Of a DNA stretch of 64,000 bases, positions 54,006 to 64,000 are shown in pieces. Source of the DNA: Lama guanicoe. Taxonomy: Eukaryota. The notes below the pieces were generated by a model. The model searched no databases. It was not told the origin of the DNA and saw only the letters and a list, made by a program, of their open reading frames with translations. The stretch's first letter is position 1, and each line of letters starts with the position of its first letter. The position numbers and the translations under genes were made by a program. The stretch spans positions 2,324,123 to 2,388,122 of the forward strand of contig MU053557.1 of assembly GCA_013239625.1 (NCBI GenBank). Direction: 5' to 3'.

Positions 54006-55097
54006 TGTTTAACAATGGGGCTTTACTGCCACACGGTCTTGGGTTTAAGGCCAGACTTTGCCATATACTAGCTGTGTGAACTTGGACCAGTAACTCAACT
54101 TCTCTGTGCCTCAGTCTCACCTATAAACTGTGGCTATTCATAGTACCCACCTCTTATGAAGCCTTTTAATGAGACCAAAAACAAATAACATATGGAAAGT
54201 ACTTAGGACAGTGCTTGGTTTATATGGTTAGATCTGAGTCAAATATGCCTATTATTAGTTTAAAATTTTGAGCTCCTTAATGTTAGAGTTCATCTTCACC
54301 AGTGCCTTTGAAACCCCAGTGCCTAACAGGGTTTTGTTTGTTTATTTTGTTTTTTCTTTAAGAGTGAAATAAATATTCAGAATTTCTTCTGGGTATCAGG
54401 GTATATGAATTTCAGAAAGATGTATTTTGAAATTGAAGGACAAATCCTTTAACCTGTACTTTGTGAAGAGGCTTGCCTTCCCCAATTTACTTAATAACTG
54501 CAACTTATAATACTCATCAGTCTGCAGGTAATTATTTAATACAATTTGAGAGATATTCTTGTAGTTAGTAATATATTATTTTATAACATGGGTATAATCG
54601 GATGGTGCCTTAAGACTCCTGATTTTCTGAAAAGCTGGGAAACAGCTCATTTTCACAGCAACTCTGTGATTGGTTTGAGGGAGACCCAGGCCGATTGTTG
54701 ATTGGCTCACGCAGTGGAAACGGTCCCGGCCTGAGCCAGTATGAAGCCAATATGGCTCCACAGTTGGGTTTCCTGGAAGCCGGCAGACACGTGGCTACCG
54801 CCGGCGGAGCGGTACGTGGGAGGACCTAGTTTTGCTTACCGCAAGAGGGCGCCGGCGGTTTCTCGTTGCTAAAGTCCGGTTTCCCATAAAGCCTCGGACT
54901 GACCAATCAACTAGCTGTCTCCATACCGCTTTTAAAGTCGGCGGGCCCTTTCACCAATAATAAAGCAGATACCACCCTCATCTCGAGGATTGATGGAAAG
55001 TTTGACCAATCATTTTACAGGTCCCTGCTATCTCCGCCTCTCTTGCGCGGGATTGACGATCCGTCCGGCCAATAGAGGACGCTGAGTCGGCGGGTGG

Positions 55098-55151
55098 ATG
55101 AACGCGGCCCTCTGTAATGGCGGAGCGTGGCGGGGACGGGGGGGACGGTGA
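55098..55151 (+). other. Upstream ORF overlapping the TCERG1 start (MNAALCNGGAWRGRGGR*, out of frame)
   Basis: ATG at 55098, 19 nt upstream of the main ATG, in weak context (T at -3); TGA at 55149-55151. It exists in mRNA only if the TSS is upstream of 55098. Confidence 0.55.
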
Positions 55152-55175
55152 GCGATTCAACCCGGGGGAGCTCAG
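55117..55175 (+). CDS. TCERG1: TCERG1 coding exon 1 (MAERGGDGGDGERFNPGEL + AG, 59 nt, phase-2 donor)
   Basis: ATG in strong context (GTAATGG) at 55117; the peptide matches the recalled TCERG1/CA150 N-terminus; donor CAG|GTAAGA at 55175/6; lies in a CpG island. Confidence 0.96.
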
Positions 55176-58100
55176 GTAAGAGGCGCTGCTCTTCCTTATA
55201 TATCGGCGCTCCGGCGTCCCAGGGCTAGGCCTGCCGCGCGGAGAGCCGGGGTGGCGGGTGGGACGAGGAGCCGTGGCGGCTGAGGGGCCAGGACCGCATG
55301 GGGTTGGAGAAGGGGGAAGGGGAAGGTGGCTTGAATGAGGGAGCCCAGCCGGGGCTGGGCCGCGGCCTCCTGCGCCTTCTCGGGGCTCTCCCTGCGGTTT
55401 TGTCGGGGCCCGGCGCCCCTCGCGGCTTGCGACCCACGGGCTGGGCCTGGCGTTGCCGCTTTGGGGCCCCGCCTCAGGCGCGGGCCGCCTCCGCCTCGGC
55501 CCGCCGACCTCAGCCTTCCGCCGGGTCCGCGCCCCCGCGGGCCAGCTTTACCCCCCGAAGCCCTGCACGCCGCACGGAAGTCCCCAGCGCCCGGCACACC
55601 TGGCCCGGCCTTCTCCACGCGCTCCGCGGTCCTCGGGGTCCCCTGTTTGTCCCAGTCTTTACCCCCCATCTCTTGCTTTTCTTCAACTTCGTGCGGCCTT
55701 CCTTTCTCTTACCCTTTGATTCCTTATCCCGTATTTGTGAATATCAACAATAGCGGCAGCCGTTTGCTCCGTGCTTCCGTGGGCCAGGCAGCCCTCTACT
55801 TAGGAGTCGTCTCCTCCGATCCTCACACCCACCGTTTGGAGTAGTTGCTGTTTGCATTTTGCAGGCCCCAGTCTAGATCCATCTTCATTTATGTGACTTG
55901 CCCAACTTACAGGTGAGGAAACTGAGCCTGTTAGAGGTTGGGGTAGTAGAACGCGGTCACTTTGGTGGGTATTGTGGCTCCAGGAAGTGACTTGAACCCA
56001 GGCAGCCAGGCTCGGGAGCCTATTCGACTGCTCACGCCATTGCCCCAAAGAGGGCAGTGACCTTTCTTGCCCTGGTTTCTCACTGCCTGTGGGATTTTTA
56101 ATTAAGATTTGGGAAAAATTGAAGTGTCTTTAAAATGTTTTAGTCACTAGTTTTCAGGCAAACGAAGTACTGAGATTTATGTATATCTGATACATATTTT
56201 CCCCCCTGGACGGGAACGTGTCATCTCCAATGTTCAGCTCCCATTCTGAGTTGTGCCATTGTCAGCCTTTGAGAGTGAAAAAAGAGCAGTGGAAGTTATG
56301 AGGACTCTAGTATTGTCTAGAACTCAAGATGAAATTGTAGATGGAAAATGGGCATTGTCATTCAAGTTTTCAGGGAAAAAAAGTCACGTCTTTTAGATTC
56401 TGAGTGGTCATACACACAAATTCTTACTTTGGCAGGAATAAAGTCTTATTGCAGGGTTAGATCTCATATCCTTTAAACCCTGTATGTCCACTTTAGCCAT
56501 GAGCAATGAAAGAATTGTCAGGGTCGCTCAGTATTAGCGATGGAAGGTTTGTTTCTGATTCTGTTCTCTAGAGAAGGTTACTTAGCTAGTCTTAGGGATT
56601 TATTTGGGAACTGTTCCTTTATTTTTCAGACATCTTTCTTCAGTTTTACAATGAGTAGCCTTTTAAACTTTATTAATAGTAGTCTAGGCATTGTTGCAAA
56701 ACTAATTTGAATAGGGCTTTAAATTAGGTGTTCTTTTGCAAATATTTTGTACCTCAGCTTGTTGAGTTGGAAGTGACCTTCAGAGCATATTGTACAGACC
56801 TTTATTTTAGCATTTCTCATGGTTTCAGAGAAATTAGTTATTTATGTGGCCTATCATGGCAGAAATTGGGGCCTAGTTTTTGTATTTGTATCCTGAATGT
56901 ATTTCACAGCGTGTTGCTATCTTAATACTTGGCAGTAAGGTGTTCAGTGGATATATGATAAATAAATGAATGTAGGAGTTTGAGAGATGGTTCACTTATT
57001 GGACCTACATTTATTAAGTGTATGTTGTGATAGCCACCGACCTAGGTGCTGGCAGTAGAGTCTTGAACCAAACCAGAAACCGTTGTCCTCAAGGAGCTTC
57101 CATGCTGATTAAGACTGATATAAATTCTGAACTAACCACGTCAAGTGAGGAAGCACTTGCAAGTGTGGAGACTTACCCAAGGTCACTGAGTTGGTAGGGT
57201 CTGGATTAAAACCAAGGTCTTCTCACTTATGGTCTACCTTACTATAATTTGCTTCCTGTATATAAGCATTAAAAAATTTTGCTCCTCCTGTTATTAAAGT
57301 ATTTTCAGCCTTGTCTTCACGATATTACAGTGTTTTCCGTCTTGTCTTCACCCTTGGGAAGATTGCATACCTGGATAGGGTACTTTGAGGGAAATACATT
57401 TGTTCCTATAAAAAAATTTTGTGTGTTTCTGTTCATGCAAGCAGGCACCTGTTTTCCTGAAGATTTAAAGTGGTAGGAATGCAAAATAACTATGGTACAG
57501 AGAATTTATTTGGAAATCCAAATGCCATCCATCCATTTCTGGTTGTGGGCCATTAAAATTACTTTCAGAGTCGTATTTGTATAGATCCTTTACCTGTGGC
57601 CTTTGTTTGCTTATTAATGCTTTATGACTTATGACAAGGTATTTGGAGTCTAAATTTCCTCGACTGTACAATGGGAGTAAGAATATGCTGGTGTCGCTAC
57701 TCACTTGCTGCCTTAAGCAAGTGCTTTTTCTGTACCATGGTTTCCTCTGCAAAAATGGTGCCAAACAATCTTATTGGGTTGTTGTGAGGATTGAAAGGAT
57801 TAGTGCAAATGTCTGTATAACTGTGCCTGGTATATAGGAAGTACACAGGATTTACTTATTGTAATTGAGGCAATAATTGAACACCTACCATCCTGGGCAC
57901 TAGGATGCAGCACTATCCTAAGGGGAAACTATACTTGTGGGTAGAGATAATACATAAGTAAACACAAGTCAGATTTCTTCATAGCATTTCTCATAATTGT
58001 AAACTTAAATCTGGTAGTGATCTAGGGAGGGGTTGGGAGAGACTAGTGTGGGAAAGGAGTTTGAGGTAACACTTGAGCTCAGGCTGAGTTCTGTAAAGAT

Positions 58101-60094
58101 TTGGGGAAAAGCTTGCCATGCAGAGGGAACAGTGAGTTTAAAGGCTTCAAGGTAATGAAGTCGTTGATCAAAACTAGTCTATAAAGAGGTCAACAGGGGC
58201 CAGGTTATATAGAGGCTGCTAATAACAATATAGTAATAATAATAGACAATACTACTTCTAGTGCTAATACTATTTAACACTTACTAATACTGTTACTGTA
58301 CTAATGTTATAGCGACAGCAATAATAGCTAATACTTAGCACTTATGTGCTGGGCGCTGTTCCAAGTACTTTATTAGCTCATTTAATCCTCATTGTAGGTT
58401 CTGGTAAGGTCGTTGTGATGCAGCAGTGTATGTAAAGAGCTCAGCATCTGTGCTATACACCTCTGACATCAGAAATAGCAACTTGAGGCTGTTGACAGGA
58501 AGTTATGTGAATTTTGTCACCATTTTAGTGGCAGGCTTTTGAAAGCCATCTAGGCAAATTGGCAACGAAGTGCCTTTTCAGGTAGAGCACTGTGCTAGGA
58601 TTTGAGGGAGAATGAAAGTAATTATAGTTTAAATAGTTTGCTGTGTACTAGGTAGTATCCTAAATGATTCATGGGGATTATGTCACTGAACAGAGAGGAG
58701 GGTGGGATGTTTTACTTCTGTCCTCCTGCCCCCAGCTCATTTACATCTGAGTATATATTCAGGCTCAGAAAACATATAAATAGCCTGATAACAAAAGGCA
58801 GAGCCCTGGTTTGACTTTTCTTTATTCTAGAGCCTAAAATGCTTAACTTCAGGTAATAACTAGGGAGTATGAAATTGTTAAGAAAGAAATAGTGTAGATT
58901 TTTTGAAACGGAAGAGTCAGACTCAAGGGAAATCTAAGATAAAGGTTTATTATTAACTGAAGGCTGAAACAGAATATCTTTCCTTGGTGATTAAGTTTTT
59001 TTCTGCCCTAAAAGTCAAGACATTCCTTCAGTAACAGGGCCAGCTCTTATATAATTTGAAAAAGACTGGTTATTTTGATCCAGTCCTTACTCCTTTTTGC
59101 AGTCACTGTGTTAACTCATACTTTCTAACATTTAAGTGTGGGATCATTTTCAAGCTTGGCTAAATATGCTTGGTATAGTAGTTTTGGATGTGTTTACAAT
59201 CCTAGTGCTCTTCTAGAGGCAAACTCGTTCTTTTTTAGGATTTTTTTGATCAGAATGACCTATGAATTGAAAAATTTAGAGAAGGTTGAAAGAGTAGTCT
59301 TAAGCACAGGGTTAAAAATGTAGGAAAGTTGAAAGAGCCTGATGAGAGTGTAAGAATGATTATCAGCAGTCGTACATAAGGAGTATACTTGTTAATCGTC
59401 TCTTGAGCACTGGAATGTAAATTTCATGTATAATGGAGAGATTTATATTAGCTCCTGGGGAGACTGTGATAGGTACTCAGTAACTGACTATGGCAAGTTA
59501 CAGTAAACCTTTTTATAAGGTTCTACATACCCTATTCCTAAGATAGCTTGGGTGCAGTATCACCTAGATACTCATTGTTCATTCAACAAATACTTATTGA
59601 GCCCTGTTAATGTGCAGGCATAACTAGGCGCTGGGCATAAATGTGAAGAGGACAGACAACTTCTGCTCTAAAGGGGCTTAGAGAGACAGCATGGTGTAGT
59701 GTTTAAGAGCCATTTGAATTCTGGCTTTAGCACTAGACCAGCTGTGTGGCCTTGGGCAAGTTATTTTACACATGTGTGTCTTAATCTGTAAAATGAGGCT
59801 GAGAAAATCTTGTAGGATGTTATGGTTAAATGACTTAAAAAGAGCACCACCACCTAGCACATGGTAGGCACTATGGAAGAGTTAATTTTTTTAAGAAGCG
59901 CTTATGAGAAGAGCTAGATAATACCGTCTTAATGTGATATTGCTCATCTGCTTACATGCCATGAGGAAAATTAAGTAGTGTGTGTAGCTAGAGATTGAAA
60001 GTGGGGTAGGGTGCAGTGTAGAGAAAGCCTTTCCCTTTAGTGGGATCTCTTAAGAGTAATCTGGTAAGCTGCTACCCTCCCTTGCTAGAAAAAC

Positions 60095-60755
60095 CTTCTA
60101 TTTGGAAATAATTTCAATCTTCTAAAAAGTTGCAAAAATAAAGATAGTATGGTTAATGTTAAAATTTTACCTGTTCTGCTTAATACAGTACTTTAATCTA
60201 TTGTTGATGTTTCAGTGCTATTAATCCAAATGTCCTTTATAGCATTTCTTCCCTCTTCCTGGATCCTGTCTAGAGTTGGTATTGTGTTGTCATGTCTCTT
60301 TGGTCTGCTTTAATCTAGAACATTACCGTAGCCTCTTTCTTTGTTTTTTATGTGTAACATTGACTTTTCTGAATAAAACACCCCCTTCCCCCACTTTCTA
60401 ATAGTACATTCCTCATTTTGTGTTTGTCTACTAGTTCCTCATTATTAGATTGAGTTTATACATTCTTGCCTGGAATAGGTGATACTGTCTCCCTCTCAGT
60501 GACATAATGTCTTTTGTCCTTTTTAGATAATAATAAATCAATCACCTGATCAAGGTGTTGAAATAGATCAGTTTCCCTATTGCATAGTGTTTTCTTCATC
60601 CTTCTTTGCAGCTGTAAGCAGCAGGTGGGGAGATATTTCGAGACCATCCAGGTATCTCCCTCATCTAACTTTCCTCCTAGATTTGGTGTCCATTGATTAT
60701 TCTTACTAATACAGTCTTCACCACGATGGTACAAAATGATGACTTTCCAACTCTA
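60095..60755 (-). mobile_element. L1MC-type 3' fragment in TCERG1 intron 1
   Basis: TTTGGAAATAATTTCAATCTT...AAAAGTTGCAAAAAT motif and downstream L1MC-like text. Confidence 0.65.
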
Positions 60756-60857
60756 CTTGCTATTAAGGAGCTTTTTAACTTCAATATAACTAGAGATTAG
60801 TGGCTACATTTTAGTTATTTTGAGAGAGAAAAATATATATATTGCTTTCCCACCCAG

Positions 60858-61083
60858 GATGGCTCAACAGCAGGCCTTGAGGTTCCGAGGCCCGGCTCCC
60901 CCACCAAACGCAGTGATGCGAGGCCCACCACCTCTCATGCGACCTCCTCCACCTTTTGGTATGATGCGAGGCCCTCCTCCACCACCTCGGCCTCCATTTG
61001 GACGTCCTCCTTTTGATCCTAATATGCCACCGATGCCTCCTCCAGGAGGGATTCCTCCACCTATGGGCCCTCCACACCTCCAG
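60858..61083 (+). CDS. TCERG1: TCERG1 coding exon 2 (226 nt; MAQQQALRFRGPAPPP...MGPPHLQ, Pro-rich region)
   Basis: Acceptor tttcccacccAG|G, donor CAG|GTAAAA; frame continues exon 1 (59+226=285 nt); visible in ORF 60820..61122. Confidence 0.97.
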
Positions 61084-63341
61084 GTAAAAAATGTAGAGAT
61101 TGCTGTTTCTTTGCTGGTTTAGTGTCAATATCATACATGACTTTTGCCTTAAAAATCTGTATTCTTCATTTTCAGTTTAAAGGAAATTGGGAACTAAAGA
61201 GAACATCCTTATATTAACGTGTTGCTCCAGAAGTAATGGTAACAGTCATTAGTATGGAAATTCAGAAGGGGAATTTAGATGGTGATAGGAAAATATATGC
61301 AAAAAATCAGCACTGAATTAGGGGAGTTCCAACTTGCCTTCATTGCTGAGAATTTTCTTTAGTAATCCTTCTTTATGTGAAATGAAGTTTGAAATCCTAA
61401 TATATAGAATGGGAGGAATTTATTTTCAGTGATGCATGTTGCCAATAAGTTTAAATACATACGTGTGTATGTATATCCTGAGCAATTCTCCCCAGAAATG
61501 ATGCCTAGGATAGCGTCTAGAAAGTGGCAACACTTGGATTTTGTAAGCACAATATTTCGATTTTTCTCCCCCCACTGAAAAAAATATGGTAACTTACAAT
61601 TTTACAAATAGAATTATTGTAGGATTTCTTTAAATAATAACTTCTGATATTTTCACCTTAGGTTTGTATCCCTTTTTAGTGTATATAGACTCAGTTATTG
61701 TCTGAAATGAGGTTGTGAAGGTATCAACTCTCAAATATCTACTTTTGAGATTGTATTCTTTTTGATTGAGTATGTATATATGTCATCTTAGTTTAACAAA
61801 CCAATTTTTATAATTCTGAAACCAAATAAATACAGTGGTATCACCTGCCTTCTCTTAGCTTAGATAATCAAGAGTGAACTTACTAAAAATAGAGATACTG
61901 TTTAAGTGGTATTAATTCTGTTTAGATAGGGTTATGTTTTTTGGAAGAAACACAAAGTTTTAATACTTTGCTTAGGAATTGTGTTGCCTTCCTGGTAACA
62001 TAGTCCCCCACCTTCCTCCAGCTCCCTTAAACAAACTGTTAAATGGTTTTATATTTTCTTCAAGATTAAAAAAAGAAGTAACTTTCTGACCTACTGACTA
62101 GTATAACTTGTTACATGTGAATTTATTCTAATTTGTGCCTTTAAGAGTTAAACCTCCTTATCGAATATTATAAAATATAATGGATTAGTGTAACTCTAAT
62201 TGAGATATATCAGATGTTGTAATGGGATGGTTTCTAACATGATTTTTTTCTTGGTTTTGATGGATAATTGTGTGGTTTTTACATTAAATCCAAGTGATTT
62301 CCAGCTTCTGGTGAATGAGCTATGTTTTAGGTAGGTGTACCATAGAACATGGGCCTGTGTGCTGGTGCTTGAAAGATGCTAAACTGCATCCAGAAAAACT
62401 GAAGTGTAGGAAAGAAAAGATATTTAGGAAAATGAAATATAGTTTCATATTATCAGCATAGTGTCTATCCTATTATCCAGATTAAGATGCTTTGGATAAT
62501 TGAATTTTAATGTTACCTTGTAGCTTATAGAGGAAGTCTTTTTAATCCCTGTTCAAAATCTGTTTTAAAAAGGGCAGACCTCTTTTCTGCATTAGTAAGA
62601 AAGACATAGCAATTATATTTAAATTGTTTGGTTCAGGATCTTGGGTTGTGTCAGCAATCATTGAAGGAATCATCAGAGATAACATTGAATCAATAGTGGC
62701 TCTAGGAGATTTTAATTTTAATTGTAATATATGCCATTTATTTTCCCTAAAGGTGGATAATTATTTTACTGTATCTTTTAAACTTACTGATGTTCATGTC
62801 TTTGATGAGCTACATTATTATTATTATTTGAAAAATAGGAAATGATGAATATTTTCCTAGCTAACATTTTTTCTTGTAGAAAGAGAGAATAAAGGGTTAT
62901 GTATACCCGTTTTTTCTTTTTTAGTTATTCCTGTGATATTTGTAAAGTACTTTTTCTCTTATGGTTGGTTCCTATTACAGGTGAGCTGTGGAGGCATTAG
63001 TGTGGTGGGTGTTAAAAATAGAAGAATCAGTTTTTTTCTTTTGAAAGTAATCCAGTGCCTAACATGTGGAATAGGCAGTTAAAGTATAAAGAATAAAGCA
63101 AAATTCAACCGTGATGCTATAACCCAGAGATGACTACTGCTACTGTTTTGATGTATTTCTCTCCAGTCTTTTTAGTAATCATTTTTGTTATGGAGAAACA
63201 TTGCTTATGCAACCTAGATGAATGTTTTTGAATGGACTGTAAAACTAGTAGTTTCTCCCAGTGCTTTACGTTTGGGTAGAATTTAGTAATTTAAGGGAAA
63301 AAGATAAACACAAGTGACCATTACTTCTTGTGAATTAACAG

Positions 63342-63494
63342 AGACCACCTTTCATGCCTCCACCCATGGGAACCATGCCTCCTCCTCCTGGTATGATGTT
63401 TCCACCAGGAATGCCTCCTGTGACTGCTCCTGGTACTCCAGCACTGCCTCCTACTGAGGAGATATGGGTTGAAAATAAAACTCCAGATGGGAAG
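63342..63494 (+). CDS. TCERG1: TCERG1 coding exon 3 (153 nt; RPPFMPPP...TEEIWVENKTPDGK, start of WW domain 1); gene continues beyond the window
   Basis: Acceptor ttaacAG|AGA, donor AAG|GTAAAT; phase 0-0; W-x-E-x-x-T-x-D-G-K is the opening of a WW domain. Confidence 0.96.
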
Positions 63495-63739
63495 GTAAAT
63501 TATGAGATATATTTAGGTTGATGACTTCTTGATGATAGGAGAGTAAAACAAGAGTTTTGACAGATTGAGATCAGTGACTTATATTCTTGCCAATTTGAAG
63601 AATGAGCTTTGGGTGAGCTGGGAGGGGGGCAGGACTCCAGGAAATGCTCCCTGGATTGAACTTCTGCACAGACATAAAGTTGCCTCGAGTGCTTACGTAG
63701 GTTAGCCTGTGATTCTGGAAGCCTGTATTTTAAATATGT

Positions 63740-64000
63740 GCTGCAAGCCCCCAAAACAGCTCTCAGGTTTAGTGTTTGCTAGGAGGATTCGCAGGACTCA
63801 GCATGCAGTTGTACTCACAGCTAATACTAATCGCAGCGAAAGGAAACAAAGCCATACCAGCAAAGAGAAAAAGGTGCTTGGGGTGCAGTCTGGAGGAAGC
63901 CGAGCATAAGCTTTCAGGAGTCCTGTCAGTAGAATCACGGAGAATGTGTGTAATCCCTGTGGCCCGCAATTGTGGAAACACGGGTGAAGTGTTGTCTGCC
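63740..64000. mobile_element. MER21-like LTR fragment in TCERG1 intron 3
   Basis: CAGGACTCAGCATGCAGTTGTACTCACAGCTAA...CAGCGAAAGG...CAGCAAAGAGAAAAAGG. Confidence 0.7.

Larger units (their letters stand above)
54660..55660 (+). promoter_or_regulatory. TCERG1: TCERG1 CpG-island promoter with multiple CCAAT boxes, an E-box and a ZNF143-like site
   Basis: Dense CpG; CCAAT at 54747, 54903, 54954, 55006 and 55069; ATTGG at 54669 and 54701; CACGTG at 54788-54793; TTTCCCATAAAGCCTCGG at 54880-54897 resembles the Staf/ZNF143 site; no obvious TATA upstream of exon 1. Confidence 0.9.

Noticed and set aside
55196..55844. Overlapping 150-170-aa ORFs on both strands
   Set aside because: They lie in the GC-rich CpG island of TCERG1 intron 1, where stops are rare; low-complexity A/G/P/R composition and no recognisable domain.
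60811..61134. 107-aa Arg/Trp-rich minus-strand ORF
   Set aside because: Antisense shadow of the Pro-rich TCERG1 exon 2.
1..64000. CRISPR arrays, operons or other prokaryote-type systems; POU4F3 coding sequence
   Set aside because: The sequence is mammalian with spliceosomal introns; no regularly spaced repeat-spacer array and no POU-domain ORF was seen.

Overview
This is 64 kb of mammalian genomic DNA. The tRNA-derived SINE family and L1 3' ends suggest a camelid or other cetartiodactyl (inference). The only confident gene is the 5' part of TCERG1 (+ strand): a CpG-island/CCAAT promoter at ~54.7-55.6 kb and coding exons 1-3 (55117-55175, 60858-61083, 63342-63494). The upstream ~54 kb is repeat-rich intergenic DNA; in human this interval lies between POU4F3 and TCERG1, and POU4F3 itself is not in the window. 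It carries L1, L2, MIR, LTR and hAT fossils, including a near-full-length Zaphod/Tip100-like transposon, plus a truncated U6 retrocopy and an orphan CpG island at ~11.4-11.8 kb. The best second-look items are: a candidate stop-containing poison exon/intronic polyA module in TCERG1 intron 2, a perfect 55-bp inverted templated copy of an old L1 segment, an overlapping uORF, helically phased CCAAT boxes, an antisense 5' splice site at the promoter, a POU-dimer palindrome cluster, and weak decayed-exon candidates. I see no convincing novel multi-gene system. Repeat family names were recognised by eye, and repeat boundaries are approximate unless target-site duplications (TSDs) are given.
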